Virus record (IMG/VR): IMGVR_UViG_3300028608_000008
Span: 1 to 64,000 of that record
Strand: one strand, 5' to 3'
DNA length: 64,000 nt
DNA from: a virus
Shown here: positions 17,941 through 27,764 of the stretch, piece after piece
How the letters are laid out: each line of letters opens with the position of its first letter
Position numbering within the stretch: the stretch's first letter is position 1
Translations under genes and position numbers: made by a program
Notes under the pieces: generated by a model
Told to the model about the DNA's origin: nothing
The model's input: only the letters and a program-made list of their open reading frames with translations
The model's database searches: none

Positions 17941-18393
17941 ATGTTTGGCACCTTTTGCGAGTTCTCAACCGGCCCGGCCGACGATTACTTTCGACCAATC
18001 ACACGGGATACGTGGCGCGAACCGTGCTTCGCTCCCGTGCGGTACAATCTCGAAAAGCTTTTCGGCTCGAAAGAGAATGTCGAGGAACTGTTTGAGTTTC
18101 TGTGGACCATCGACGAAACCCTGACGACTGTGTGCGACTGGAAACTCAATGACGCGCTCGGTCGGAAAACCTTCTACAACGAAATGCAAAGCTTGCTGGT
18201 TGAGCAGCGCATTATCAACGTAAAAGTTGGTGCTCTGCGTCCGGAATTCAAAATCGTCTGTGACGAAAGCATCAACTCACCAAAAGTAATTGACGAAAAC
18301 AAGCTGTTAGCTTTGTTGAGCATCCGACGTGAAGGCTCCGTGGCTTGCCCGGTGCAGTTGATGTTCCGTTTCGAATATGTAAACAAAGGTTGA
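17941..18393 (+). CDS. Hypothetical protein
   Basis: 150 aa directly after polymerase stop. Confidence 0.7.
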   Translation: MFGTFCEFSTGPADDYFRPITRDTWREPCFAPVRYNLEKLFGSKENVEELFEFLWTIDETLTTVCDWKLNDALGRKTFYNEMQSLLVEQRIINVKVGALRPEFKIVCDESINSPKVIDENKLLALLSIRREGSVACPVQLMFRFEYVNKG

Positions 18394-18397
18394 CCAT

Positions 18398-18727
18398 ATG
18401 ATCCCGAACGATGAATTGCCGCATGCACTAAACCTGCGCCTTGGCTGGAGTACCGAACGTTATACTGGCGACGAAGACTTCCACAAGGCGGTTCAGTACG
18501 TCGTCAATTCCGTTCGGGCATCCCACCAGTTGAACGAATCCCAATTCGACAAAGAGGATGGGATGGAACACATCTGCGGTACGGTTGAACGCGCCGTGCA
18601 GAAGACTTTCGAACTACCGATTGTTTTATGGTGGAGTCGCGAAGTCGGAAAGACTGTGATCCACATTGACGTGTTTTTCGAATGTCCAAACGCGCCATTC
18701 TCCCACCTCGAAGGAGCAAGACATTGA
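18398..18727 (+). CDS. Hypothetical protein
   Basis: 109 aa, tight packing with neighbours. Confidence 0.65.
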   Translation: MIPNDELPHALNLRLGWSTERYTGDEDFHKAVQYVVNSVRASHQLNESQFDKEDGMEHICGTVERAVQKTFELPIVLWWSREVGKTVIHIDVFFECPNAPFSHLEGARH

Positions 18728-19875
18728 AACTGATTGAAAGCGCCGAACTCGATTTCATGGCTACCGGCAAAGAAGTCGTAAACGCATTCGCTCGCGTTAA
18801 AGCCGTTGTGTCGTATGTGAAAGCGGACGACGCAAAGTTTGTGCTGGCCGCTGTCAAAGGTGAAGTTTGGGCAATCGGCACCAGCACCGACGCAATGGGT
18901 TGTATCAAAATCAAAGACGCCGAAGCAACCGTCGAAGGCACAATCGGAATCGACGCCGACCTGCTTTGCGGCGTTGTGAAAAACCGTGCGCAAATGCAGT
19001 TCACCCTGCAAGGCAAACTGAAAATCACCGAAACCAAAGGTCGGTACACTGCCAACGTCGAGCCGCTGACCTTTGACGATAAAGACATTGCCATGTTGCA
19101 GCAATACATGGCACCGACCAAAGCGGCATCGTTGTCTTCCGAACAAATCGCAATCATCAAAGCAGGCGTTAAGCAGGTCACTCTGCAAAACTTCTTCTCG
19201 GATGAAGAAATGGTGGCGCTGATCGACGTGCGCGAAAAGCGTGTGGTTGTGTCGTGCTTCGACAACTTCCACATTGCCGAATACAGCCACAAGCTGAAAT
19301 CGGAAACCAAAGCGCGCATGGCACTGCCAACCAAAGCGTTTGCCTTGATCGAGAAATTCGTTGCGGCAGGCAAGGCGAAGTTTGAAACCGCCAACGGCCG
19401 CTTGCGTGTTGCGGGTCCAGACTTCCTGCTGTCGATTCCGGAAACGCAGGTTGAAGACCAGCATTACGAAATCACCAGCATCTACAAAAAGCGTCTGACC
19501 GATCCGTTCTCAAGTTTCGTGTTTGATACCGACGCGGTTGGTTCGGTAGAAAACTCGTTTGCGCTGGTCGAGAAAGATACCAAAATGACCATGCAGGTCG
19601 GCAAGAAAAACGTGGCAATCGAAGTCAGTACGCCACGCGGTTCCGTTTCCGACTCGTTCAAAACCAAAGTCGAAGGCGGGCAGATCGACCTGCACATCGA
19701 CCCGCGCATTTTCATGGACCTGTTCCGGAAAGTGAAAGACAAAAAGACAATTCCGATGGCGCTGTATCACCATCGCGGGGCGTCTTCCTGTTTCGCGTTC
19801 CAAACGGAATCCGACAACGCAACGCTGACCCTTGTGGCCAGTTTCGAGTCCGAAGAATCTCATGAAAAAGACTAG
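18724..19875 (+). CDS. Sliding clamp (DNA polymerase III beta/DnaN-like)
   Basis: Likely TTG start at 18724 behind AAGGAG; ~383 aa with three similar alpha/beta units, SCFDNFHIAE and IDPRIFMDL segments reminiscent of beta clamp; next to polymerase. Confidence 0.6.
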   Translation: MKLIESAELDFMATGKEVVNAFARVKAVVSYVKADDAKFVLAAVKGEVWAIGTSTDAMGCIKIKDAEATVEGTIGIDADLLCGVVKNRAQMQFTLQGKLKITETKGRYTANVEPLTFDDKDIAMLQQYMAPTKAASLSSEQIAIIKAGVKQVTLQNFFSDEEMVALIDVREKRVVVSCFDNFHIAEYSHKLKSETKARMALPTKAFALIEKFVAAGKAKFETANGRLRVAGPDFLLSIPETQVEDQHYEITSIYKKRLTDPFSSFVFDTDAVGSVENSFALVEKDTKMTMQVGKKNVAIEVSTPRGSVSDSFKTKVEGGQIDLHIDPRIFMDLFRKVKDKKTIPMALYHHRGASSCFAFQTESDNATLTLVASFESEESHEKD

Positions 19876-20296
19876 TCCGATTTTCTCGCTGGCCGATCCG
19901 ATTGTGGTTCGCGCTCGCGTTAATGAATTCGAACTATTCGGGGAAGCCCACGACGGACAGCACGTCGTGGTTTTCTTCCGGCCCGTGGTCGATTCGGAAT
20001 TGATGATCGACTACCGGAACCCGGTTATCTTGAATCGGTTCTGCAAGCTGTACAATTTCATTAACGCTCGCGGCTCGGTGTACGGCCACCTGTTTGTAAT
20101 CAACGATTCGGAAAAGCTTGACCTCACCCCGACCAAGCTAATCGTTCGTTGCAATGTCAAAGAGCATTACGATTTCCAACTGGTCCCAATCAATAGCAGC
20201 AAGCAACGTTTGCAGCTTTTCAAATCGAGCAGCGGCTGCCTGTTGGCGATGATGGACCACTCCCACTCCGAATATCTTGTTTTGGAGCCGTCATGA
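19862..20296 (+). CDS. Hypothetical protein
   Basis: ORF track 19832..20296; ATG at 19862. Confidence 0.65.
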   Translation: MKKTSPIFSLADPIVVRARVNEFELFGEAHDGQHVVVFFRPVVDSELMIDYRNPVILNRFCKLYNFINARGSVYGHLFVINDSEKLDLTPTKLIVRCNVKEHYDFQLVPINSSKQRLQLFKSSSGCLLAMMDHSHSEYLVLEPS

Positions 20297-20598
20297 GTTT
20301 TCCATACCGCCCAAAGAAAATCACTTTGCACTACCTACACTTCAAAGTCGATCCAGTTGAAGCGGCGCGGGTACTGCCAATCCTTGATCGAATCTCTGGT
20401 GAACTCAACGTAAATCTACCGTCGCACGCAACGGTCAACGTGCATGGTTACTTCAACATGGATTTGGTCAACGCCATTGGCATAAGCGCCGCAGCCAGAC
20501 CAGAAAAACTAACCTTCTGGCAGAAATACTTCAAACGGATGATTCCAGAAATGAAAGTTCACCTCACCGTGTGCGTTGCGCAGATGGAGTACCTGTGA
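20293..20598 (+). CDS. Hypothetical protein
   Basis: 101 aa, ATGA overlap. Confidence 0.6.
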   Translation: MSFPYRPKKITLHYLHFKVDPVEAARVLPILDRISGELNVNLPSHATVNVHGYFNMDLVNAIGISAAARPEKLTFWQKYFKRMIPEMKVHLTVCVAQMEYL

Positions 20599-21131
20599 TT
20601 ACACCGCTGAAATATAAATGGTTTTTCGAAGACGACGAAAAGGCGGTTGATACTGTCGAGCAAGTTAAAGCCGTCATGTACGGCATCGCCACCGGAGAAA
20701 TCAAAACTCCGCACTCGTTCCGGATCGGTAACGTATCGTTTAAAGACGTGACCACCATTACCGGAGTCGAACTCGACGTATCCAAACCCGCAACAGAATT
20801 CGAACACTTCGGCCACAAGATGCGCATGTTTGGCGCGACCGAAGTGACTATGGAATTCTCCATGGAGTGCAACGAAAAACTCTTTACCAAACATCAGGTA
20901 AAGAAGTATTTCCCGTATCGCCTTCTGGAATCCGTCCACCAACAACTCACGGATCGTCTGTACAAAGCACACATGCCCGAGCCGCTGGTGATACCGGAAG
21001 TGTTTGATTTCCAATTTCCAATTCGCGTTGTCAACGTAACCTACGAGTTGCCAAGCGAGTTTATGGCAAACGGTAATCCACCGCCGTACTCCAACGTTCT
21101 GGTCAAACTGGATTACATGGCTAGAATCTGA
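20595..21131 (+). CDS. Hypothetical protein
   Basis: ORF track 20571..21131; GTGA overlap start at 20595 behind GGAG. Confidence 0.65.
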   Translation: MITPLKYKWFFEDDEKAVDTVEQVKAVMYGIATGEIKTPHSFRIGNVSFKDVTTITGVELDVSKPATEFEHFGHKMRMFGATEVTMEFSMECNEKLFTKHQVKKYFPYRLLESVHQQLTDRLYKAHMPEPLVIPEVFDFQFPIRVVNVTYELPSEFMANGNPPPYSNVLVKLDYMARI

Positions 21132-21167
21132 TTACGAGAATTTAGATAGATAGGCCGGGGGTCAGCA

Positions 21168-21701
21168 ATGTCTCAAAAGATCAAAATGATTCGGCGTCAG
21201 ATTCGCCAAGACGCCAAGTATCAGCGTTTCAAAGAGGCACAGAAAAACAACCCCAACAACGTCATTGACTTCAAGGGGCTGCACGCGGAAATGGCCCGCT
21301 TGCACAAAACGCGGGCATGGCGTCACCTGAAACGGAAGTCGAAAGGCTTTACCGACGAAGTGTGTGACGCAATCCTGCAAGACGGCCAAGCCCGTTCGCG
21401 CTGCGCTGAAATTCTCGGCATTTGCGTTGAGATTACCGGCAGCATGAATGACACACTGACCAATCTGCGTGATTACCTTGTGACGGAATACGCGGAATTC
21501 CTGAAAGCGGTTGGTACTGTCGCCGAACGGAAAGCAGTTGTCGAAACGGTGCTACGCCCGTTTTACGAATACCTCAACAACGTTGAGCAACTTCGCCAAC
21601 ACGCCAAAATCATCATGGAAGACATTGACAAGGCAGGCTTCGGTTACACCAACCTGATCGCCGCTTTGCAAATGCTTTCCCGACCGGAGCGCAGCCTGTG
21701 A
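21168..21701 (+). CDS. Helical protein, possibly UvsY-like recombination mediator
   Basis: 177 aa all-helical; size and C-terminal IMEDIDKAGFGYTNLI pattern plus nearby UvsW-like helicase; tentative. Confidence 0.45.
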   Translation: MSQKIKMIRRQIRQDAKYQRFKEAQKNNPNNVIDFKGLHAEMARLHKTRAWRHLKRKSKGFTDEVCDAILQDGQARSRCAEILGICVEITGSMNDTLTNLRDYLVTEYAEFLKAVGTVAERKAVVETVLRPFYEYLNNVEQLRQHAKIIMEDIDKAGFGYTNLIAALQMLSRPERSL

Positions 21702-22012
21702 CCGAATTACGCACATCCGAAGCCTTAAACATTCTGCAAGCCGCATACGAATTGCAGTTTGCCAAAGAAGTCGAGTTGCGCAAACTTCGCATCGAAGTGA
21801 CAAAGGAAGATCGCGGCGAAACCTCTCTGCAAACTTTCGACCGCACTCGCGTTACCAAGATCGGGGTGTTTCAGCGGTTGAAAGAAGTGCGGCGTGTTGT
21901 CGATTGGTGCAACGAAGAAATCCGCCTGCTGAATCTACTCAAAGTAGACGCCAACATCAACGAAGAAATCCGCAGCCTTGCCGCCGCTATCGGAGTCTCC
22001 AATGTCGAATGA
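21698..22012 (+). CDS. Hypothetical protein (one copy of a ~95-aa helical domain)
   Basis: Similar to both halves of the next gene. Confidence 0.7.
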   Translation: MTELRTSEALNILQAAYELQFAKEVELRKLRIEVTKEDRGETSLQTFDRTRVTKIGVFQRLKEVRRVVDWCNEEIRLLNLLKVDANINEEIRSLAAAIGVSNVE

Positions 22013-22646
22013 ATTTCCAATCGTCACCCTTGAAGAAGGTTTGAGCATTCTGTCGCAGTTGGAAGACATTTACGACGAAAAGCTTCGGCAGCTTGACCAA
22101 ATTCAAGGCAACGGTCCGCGTGGTCTGCGCGGTGCGCAATACTTCTCCACGCTGGCGGGCGCGTATCAGCGCATTCGCACCGTAGCCGAAGAAATCGAAC
22201 GGCTTGAAATTCAAATCGCTGAATCGAAACGTGAGCCGATCCCGGTTGAAGCCGTGACCTCGTTCCAGATTGCGGAAATCGCCAAGCGCTACAACATTCC
22301 GTGCTCGGCTGTCGATCCGCGGCGCACTGTCGAACATCCGAAACTCACACTCACCGAAGCGAACGCGCTTTTGGAAAAAGCTGATGCCTTGCTGTTCCAG
22401 AAACGTCTGCAACTGCATAAAGAAAAAATGAAGGCGTTACCGAAAGACGAACGCACCGGCTTCCACGGGCGTGACGGGTTCGAACCGCAATACACCAAAA
22501 CCGGCGTCTACCGCAAGCTGGTGGAAATCCGCGAACGTATCGCCAACCTCGAAGAACAAATTCGCGTGCAGGTGCTTATCAACAATGACGCCAGCGTGAG
22601 CCAAGAAATCTCCAGCCTCATTGCAGACTTGGGGATCGAAGCATGA
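22002..22646 (+). CDS. Hypothetical protein (two copies of the same helical domain)
   Basis: ORF track 21978..22646; ATG at 22002 behind GGAG. Confidence 0.7.
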   Translation: MSNEFPIVTLEEGLSILSQLEDIYDEKLRQLDQIQGNGPRGLRGAQYFSTLAGAYQRIRTVAEEIERLEIQIAESKREPIPVEAVTSFQIAEIAKRYNIPCSAVDPRRTVEHPKLTLTEANALLEKADALLFQKRLQLHKEKMKALPKDERTGFHGRDGFEPQYTKTGVYRKLVEIRERIANLEEQIRVQVLINNDASVSQEISSLIADLGIEA

Positions 22647-23110
22647 ACTTCGGGGCCGACGACCAATTCATGCGATCATACGGCGTGATTGCGAAATGCA
22701 AAGTCGATGACCACTATTACGGGAAGCCTTGTTTGCTTCCCAACATGCAACAGCTTCACGAATGGCAAGTTGAGGTTAACGACCTCGACCGCATGCTGAT
22801 TCACGAAGCACTGTGGCACGGTATGTGGGTTTGGTTCTGGCCGATTCGGGAAGAAACCAGCGCAGAGTGGACGCCCGCTTTCGACTACATGGTCAAGCAC
22901 GTTCGCGAATTCGTCGGCCCGCATATGGACGAAAAGACGGTCATTGCGTTTGCGGGCGACTGGATGAAATACATCGAAAACTGTAAAGCTATGACAGGCA
23001 CCCGCCTGTTGATTCGGCAGTCTTACGCTGCCCCAACGCCGACCGAATTGGAAAATATGTTGAGAGCAATCCCACAATCCAAACCGTTCGGCTCGCCTTA
23101 TTACGGATAA
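22643..23110 (+). CDS. Hypothetical protein
   Basis: 155 aa, ATGA overlap. Confidence 0.7.
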   Translation: MNFGADDQFMRSYGVIAKCKVDDHYYGKPCLLPNMQQLHEWQVEVNDLDRMLIHEALWHGMWVWFWPIREETSAEWTPAFDYMVKHVREFVGPHMDEKTVIAFAGDWMKYIENCKAMTGTRLLIRQSYAAPTPTELENMLRAIPQSKPFGSPYYG

Positions 23111-23113
23111 CCC

Positions 23114-24757
23114 ATGCACAGCGATACCACGATAATCGCCAGCGACAAGCTGTACATTCCGGCAGTTCACATTGACGAAGATCGTGTTCGCAAACATTAC
23201 GTCAAATCGTTTTTCGTTGAGAACGTATGCCGGAAATGTGACCACCGCGAAGACCGGCCCAACGATGCGTGCCAAGGCTGCGATGCGTTCAACGGAACGT
23301 TTAAGCTGGCCAACCGCCGTATCGTCAACAACACGGAATACTTCGGCATTCCGTTAGGCGACCGGAAAAACATCGAAGCGAAGTTGAAGATTGATTTCGA
23401 CGACTTCGACTTTGTGGACAAGCGTTGCAAAAACAAATTCGACTACAAGATCATCGTAGACGAAAAGAAGATGAAGGCCGACGGTAAAACGTGGCGCGAC
23501 ATTCAGGTGCAGACCTTCCTCAAGATGGTCAAAAAGAAACACGGCATCTTTGTGCTCCCGCCACGCTCCGGTAAGTCCCTCACCCTTCTGAAAATCGGTA
23601 TCGACCTCGGCTATAAAATGCTGATTACGGCCGACCAGTACGACTTCCTCAAACAGTTCATTGGTGACATTGAAAAATACACCAACCTGCCTGAGTTGCA
23701 AAAGAAACACCCGAAGAAAAAGCTGTACGGTTTTGTGAAGAAGCCGAAAGACCTGAAACACATTCAGATCGGTATCATCACTTACCAATCGCTTATCAAC
23801 GATTCGCTCGGCGCGAAAATGAAGAAGGCGTGCAACAAAACCTTCGGTTCGCTTTTCGTGGACGAAGTGCATTCCTCCTGTGCGCCAGAATTCACCCGCC
23901 TGATTAATAGCATGCGCTGTTACGTCAAGATTGGGTGTACGGGTACAATCATTCGAAAAGACGGAAAGCAGGTTCTTGCATTCCACTCGATTGGCCCGGT
24001 GCAGTCTGATATCAAAGCCGACCAGTTGACTGCCAAAATGATGGTGCAACTGACCGGCATTAAATCAAAGCGTAAGTTTGCGGGCAAAGCCGGATTCGTT
24101 TACCTCGGTAAGTTTTTGGCTAATCACGACAAACGCAACGCAATGATTCTGGAGTGGGTCGAGAAGGATTTGGAAAAAGGTCACAGCATTGTGATTCCGG
24201 TCCACTTCAAAGAACACGTTGACCAACTGGTGAAAATGATTAACCACGCGGTCGGTTACGAAGTCGCAGCCCCGTTCGTTGGTGGCGGCACAAAGAAAAA
24301 CAAAGACTATCGCGATTGGGTAAAAGAGCAAGCATCCTGTCGCAAAATCCGAGTCGTCGTCGGCATTCGCTCCCTGTTGCAGCGCGGTATCAACATCGTT
24401 CCGTGGTCGTGTCTTTACTACGTCATGCCAATGAACAATCCGCCAAACTGGAAACAGGAATCGTCGCGTGTTCTGACCATTGACGATACCGGAAAGAAAC
24501 GTGAACCCATTATTCGCTTTTTCGTTGACCAAGGTGTACCAGCTTCCCTGTCGTGTTTCGCAAATACATGGAAGCAAACGCTTGAGTACAAACACAAGCC
24601 CACCGAGGAAGCGTTGAAGCGCGCCGCGATTGCAATTGCAAACGTGAAGACAAAGGGTTCACCAGAAGAAGACCCCATTTTAGAAGGGCCAGTAGTTAGG
24701 ACCGTGCCGATGGCAACCGGCGGTCTGTTCGGCTCAATAAGGAAACGTAAGAAATGA
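23114..24757 (+). CDS. SF2 DNA helicase, UvsW/Rad25-like, with N-terminal Cys4 zinc motif
   Basis: LPPRSGKS Walker A, DEVH, GCTGT, LLQRGINI, QESSRVL; CRKC...CQGC at N-terminus. Confidence 0.85.
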   Translation: MHSDTTIIASDKLYIPAVHIDEDRVRKHYVKSFFVENVCRKCDHREDRPNDACQGCDAFNGTFKLANRRIVNNTEYFGIPLGDRKNIEAKLKIDFDDFDFVDKRCKNKFDYKIIVDEKKMKADGKTWRDIQVQTFLKMVKKKHGIFVLPPRSGKSLTLLKIGIDLGYKMLITADQYDFLKQFIGDIEKYTNLPELQKKHPKKKLYGFVKKPKDLKHIQIGIITYQSLINDSLGAKMKKACNKTFGSLFVDEVHSSCAPEFTRLINSMRCYVKIGCTGTIIRKDGKQVLAFHSIGPVQSDIKADQLTAKMMVQLTGIKSKRKFAGKAGFVYLGKFLANHDKRNAMILEWVEKDLEKGHSIVIPVHFKEHVDQLVKMINHAVGYEVAAPFVGGGTKKNKDYRDWVKEQASCRKIRVVVGIRSLLQRGINIVPWSCLYYVMPMNNPPNWKQESSRVLTIDDTGKKREPIIRFFVDQGVPASLSCFANTWKQTLEYKHKPTEEALKRAAIAIANVKTKGSPEEDPILEGPVVRTVPMATGGLFGSIRKRKK

Positions 24758-25419
24758 AAGCATCATGGGAAATCCCGAAACTCGACTACAAGATTCCATC
24801 CGAGCGCGTGAAGCTTTTGAAAGCGCGGGGAGTAGACGGACACCCATTCTCGCTTTTGAAAAAACCGTTTGATCTTGAGCACGCGTTGGAATCCATCACG
24901 CCGATGGTTCCGCAGTGGCTTCCGGAACACATCAAGTTGCCCGGCACCAGTGTCAAACGGCAGGCCGAAAACCTGACAAAGCTTTTACGAAATCCGCTAC
25001 ACGGTTCACCGATTATCGCAATCGGCTCGATGCCTTCCGACACACGGGCAAAGTTTTTGGCGCTGTCAGTAATGAACGCGGCAATCACACAAATGGCGGA
25101 AGGCTCGCACCGTGGCAAGACAATGCCGAAATGGCACGTCGTGCATGGCGGCTACTATGACCCATTGCGCGACGATAAAGGCGACCGCCCGAATTACGCA
25201 ATGTTGGTTATCACAAACGTGGCACCTGATTCAAGCCACATCAAAATTGAAAAGGTGCGCGACCTGTTGGAGATTTACCACAACATCCCCCGAATCGTTG
25301 TGGTCAATGGTTGCGACCCTGTTTCGTTTTTTGCAGACAAGTTGCGGATGCCAGTTCGATACGCGTTTATGTTGAACGACAAGAACGGACCCGCAAAGGT
25401 TGACGTTATGGATATTTAA
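24754..25419 (+). CDS. Possible degenerate DnaC/IstB-like AAA+ protein
   Basis: beta-strand/helix order like DnaC (PIIAIGS...KFLALSVMN...MLVITNV...RIVVVN) but Walker A GKT and Walker B acids are missing. Confidence 0.35.
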   Translation: MKASWEIPKLDYKIPSERVKLLKARGVDGHPFSLLKKPFDLEHALESITPMVPQWLPEHIKLPGTSVKRQAENLTKLLRNPLHGSPIIAIGSMPSDTRAKFLALSVMNAAITQMAEGSHRGKTMPKWHVVHGGYYDPLRDDKGDRPNYAMLVITNVAPDSSHIKIEKVRDLLEIYHNIPRIVVVNGCDPVSFFADKLRMPVRYAFMLNDKNGPAKVDVMDI

Positions 25420-25817
25420 TGTCGAGTTTTACAACACCACTTCGCGTCCAGCCTGTAGACGGCGAAGACAACCTTTGGGAATTGCTCGAAGAATTCATTT
25501 ATGAACTCGGGGCCAAAGGATCGGGCGTCCGTGTAGTTTGCCCGAAAGGCGAGCGCACTGACTTCGCAAGTATTCCGCGAATCTTCTGGTCGATTCTGCC
25601 GCCGTGGGGCAAGTACGGGAAAGCGGCAGTTGTTCACGACCACCTGTGCGTAAAGAAATGCTATCTCGACGTAAACGATAATCCCGTATACGTCACCCGC
25701 GCCCAAGGCGACGCAATCTTTCTTGAGGCTATGGAAGTTCTCAAAGTTCCGAAACTGACCCGCTACACAATGTATGCGTGCGTTCGGGGTTACGCAATCG
25801 TCAAAGGAATCAAATGA
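25419..25817 (+). CDS. DUF1353 family protein
   Basis: PKGERTDFASIPRIFW...YGKAAVVHDHLC...DAIFLEAMEVLKV..MYACVR matches the DUF1353 signature. Confidence 0.85.
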   Translation: MSSFTTPLRVQPVDGEDNLWELLEEFIYELGAKGSGVRVVCPKGERTDFASIPRIFWSILPPWGKYGKAAVVHDHLCVKKCYLDVNDNPVYVTRAQGDAIFLEAMEVLKVPKLTRYTMYACVRGYAIVKGIK

Positions 25818-26362
25818 TGAAACGAGAAAATCTGGTACTGGATACCATGTGTTTCCGCATTTTCATTGCGCGATTACACAAGTGGCATCTACTCGGCAGA
25901 ACCGAACCCCGCCCGATATTCGAGCGCGCCTTGCCTGTGCAGAGTTTGGCTGAGGCGCCAGCGCGGTTTGATTCCATCCGACAAATCCTCGAAGCGGCAG
26001 AAGTCGAAGTCGAAGATTTGAAAACCAAGTTCAACAACAATCTGGTGCCGGTCGATGCAGAGGAAAGTTTCTTTGCCAACGCCGAACTGTTGGAGATTTC
26101 CGATATGTATGGTTTCGACCATCCTTTGGAAGTCCTGTTGGATTTGGACTGCCCGCAATTGGTTCCAGAAGACAAGCTGGATCAGATCGTTCGCCGGTTT
26201 GACGTTACCAGAGTTTTCGCAAAACCCCAACCATTCGAACAAGTGTTTCCGAATTCCTCGGGCTGGCATTGCACGGTGAAGAAAATTGAATACTACACCG
26301 ACGTACACCTACCCGAAGAAGAACGATTCATTCCACCGGGCTTCGCAATTGTAGGACACTGA
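25814..26362 (+). CDS. Hypothetical protein
   Basis: ORF track 25778..26362; ATG at 25814 behind AAGGA. Confidence 0.65.
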   Translation: MMKRENLVLDTMCFRIFIARLHKWHLLGRTEPRPIFERALPVQSLAEAPARFDSIRQILEAAEVEVEDLKTKFNNNLVPVDAEESFFANAELLEISDMYGFDHPLEVLLDLDCPQLVPEDKLDQIVRRFDVTRVFAKPQPFEQVFPNSSGWHCTVKKIEYYTDVHLPEEERFIPPGFAIVGH

Positions 26363-26366
26363 AATA

Positions 26367-27230
26367 ATGGCAGAAGAAAACGTAATCACCCGCGTCACAA
26401 AAGCACGCGCTGATTTGAGTCGTTTGCGCAACATCGTCGGGCAGGTCTATTCGATCCTCTGTGCTCGCGTCGGCTGGAATCCCCGTGAGGGAATGTCGGA
26501 CGGCGAAATGGAAGACGAAGCGAAAAACAATATCGACCCGACCAAACTTAGCAACTGTAAAGAACTGGTGTTGCTGAGTCCGGAAGATTTGGAAAATCGT
26601 CTCAACGCCAAACGCACGGTTGACGCTGCCGTTGTCGAAAGCTGCCGGGCCTACGCAAAGAAAATTGCACAGCTTACCCACCCGGATAAGCTGATGCGGT
26701 TTTCCGCGAAAGTCAAAGAACAGCTTTTGGAAGTTTTTCACGACTCTCACAAAGACCTGCACGATCACAACCGCGCCGGTCTGATCTACGGTTACATTCA
26801 CGTTCGCATTCTGCGCGGTGAATCGCACAAGGTTCCGGAAGAACTTTATTCCTACGTGGAAGACGAGTACAACTGGACCTCCAACCAGATGCAGTTTATT
26901 CTGCGTCAGAAATTCATTCCCGCCGTAAACGCGTACTGCGACGGGAACCAGTCTTTGGCTAAAGACCTATTCCTGCAATACATTGAACTGGTGCGAAAAG
27001 AGCGCGCCCGGAAAAAGGCTTTCGAAAAAGCAATGGCCGATTTGAAAGCGGCATACCCGGACGAAGAACCTCCGGAAGAAAAGGTTCAGCAACTTCTCAC
27101 CCAGTTCAAAGAGGAAATTGGAAATGAAAACAACCCTGTGGATTCTGCTGATGCTGTCGCGAGCAGTAGCATGGCCAGCGAAGCGGTTGAGGCAGCGCCA
27201 GAAAAGCAAAGCGTTCGCGAAGAAGTTTAA
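26367..27230 (+). CDS. J-domain (DnaJ-like) protein
   Basis: RAYAKKIAQLTHPDK: helix II plus HPD motif of J-domains. Confidence 0.7.
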   Translation: MAEENVITRVTKARADLSRLRNIVGQVYSILCARVGWNPREGMSDGEMEDEAKNNIDPTKLSNCKELVLLSPEDLENRLNAKRTVDAAVVESCRAYAKKIAQLTHPDKLMRFSAKVKEQLLEVFHDSHKDLHDHNRAGLIYGYIHVRILRGESHKVPEELYSYVEDEYNWTSNQMQFILRQKFIPAVNAYCDGNQSLAKDLFLQYIELVRKERARKKAFEKAMADLKAAYPDEEPPEEKVQQLLTQFKEEIGNENNPVDSADAVASSSMASEAVEAAPEKQSVREEV

Positions 27231-27756
27231 CTCGACGCCGGAAATGATGGCGGTAAAGCGGAAGATTTACGAACAAACCGAAATGGACTCGTATGACGTT
27301 TGCGAGTTTGAACACTTGAGCGATGAAGAATTTCTCAAGATGGTTTACGTCGAAACTCCGTGGCACCGCCAACTCCGTCGTCGGTTTGCGCTTTGGCTTG
27401 AACAGAAACGCAAAACCTTCCGCAACTATTTCATGGGTCCGACTGGTTACACCGGTCCTATGGGTAGGATGGGGAACGACGGAAAGCCGGGAGCGCCGGG
27501 TCGTAACGCGTGCGAAATCATGTGCCCACATTGCAATACGTGGAACAGTGAAGTAAACGACAACACACAAGAAAACAAAAGCGAATCGAAGTGGTACATT
27601 CCCTCGCTTCTGCCCGAACACGCTAATGAGCCTTTTGGCACTTGGCATTGCGGGCGTTGTGGCGAAAACTCGGAATGGTTTATCGGCGCGCCTGTGCTGA
27701 TCCCGGCTAACGAAGTTGTACGTCGTGTAGTCGAACAGAATCAAACCAACATTTAA
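27124..27756 (+). CDS. Hypothetical protein with short collagen-like stretch and Zn-ribbon
   Basis: Seven Gly-X-Y triplets at 27436-27501; CPHC and HCGRC; start uncertain (27124 or 27244). Confidence 0.65.
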   Translation: MKTTLWILLMLSRAVAWPAKRLRQRQKSKAFAKKFNSTPEMMAVKRKIYEQTEMDSYDVCEFEHLSDEEFLKMVYVETPWHRQLRRRFALWLEQKRKTFRNYFMGPTGYTGPMGRMGNDGKPGAPGRNACEIMCPHCNTWNSEVNDNTQENKSESKWYIPSLLPEHANEPFGTWHCGRCGENSEWFIGAPVLIPANEVVRRVVEQNQTNI

Positions 27757-27764
27757 CCAACCAA

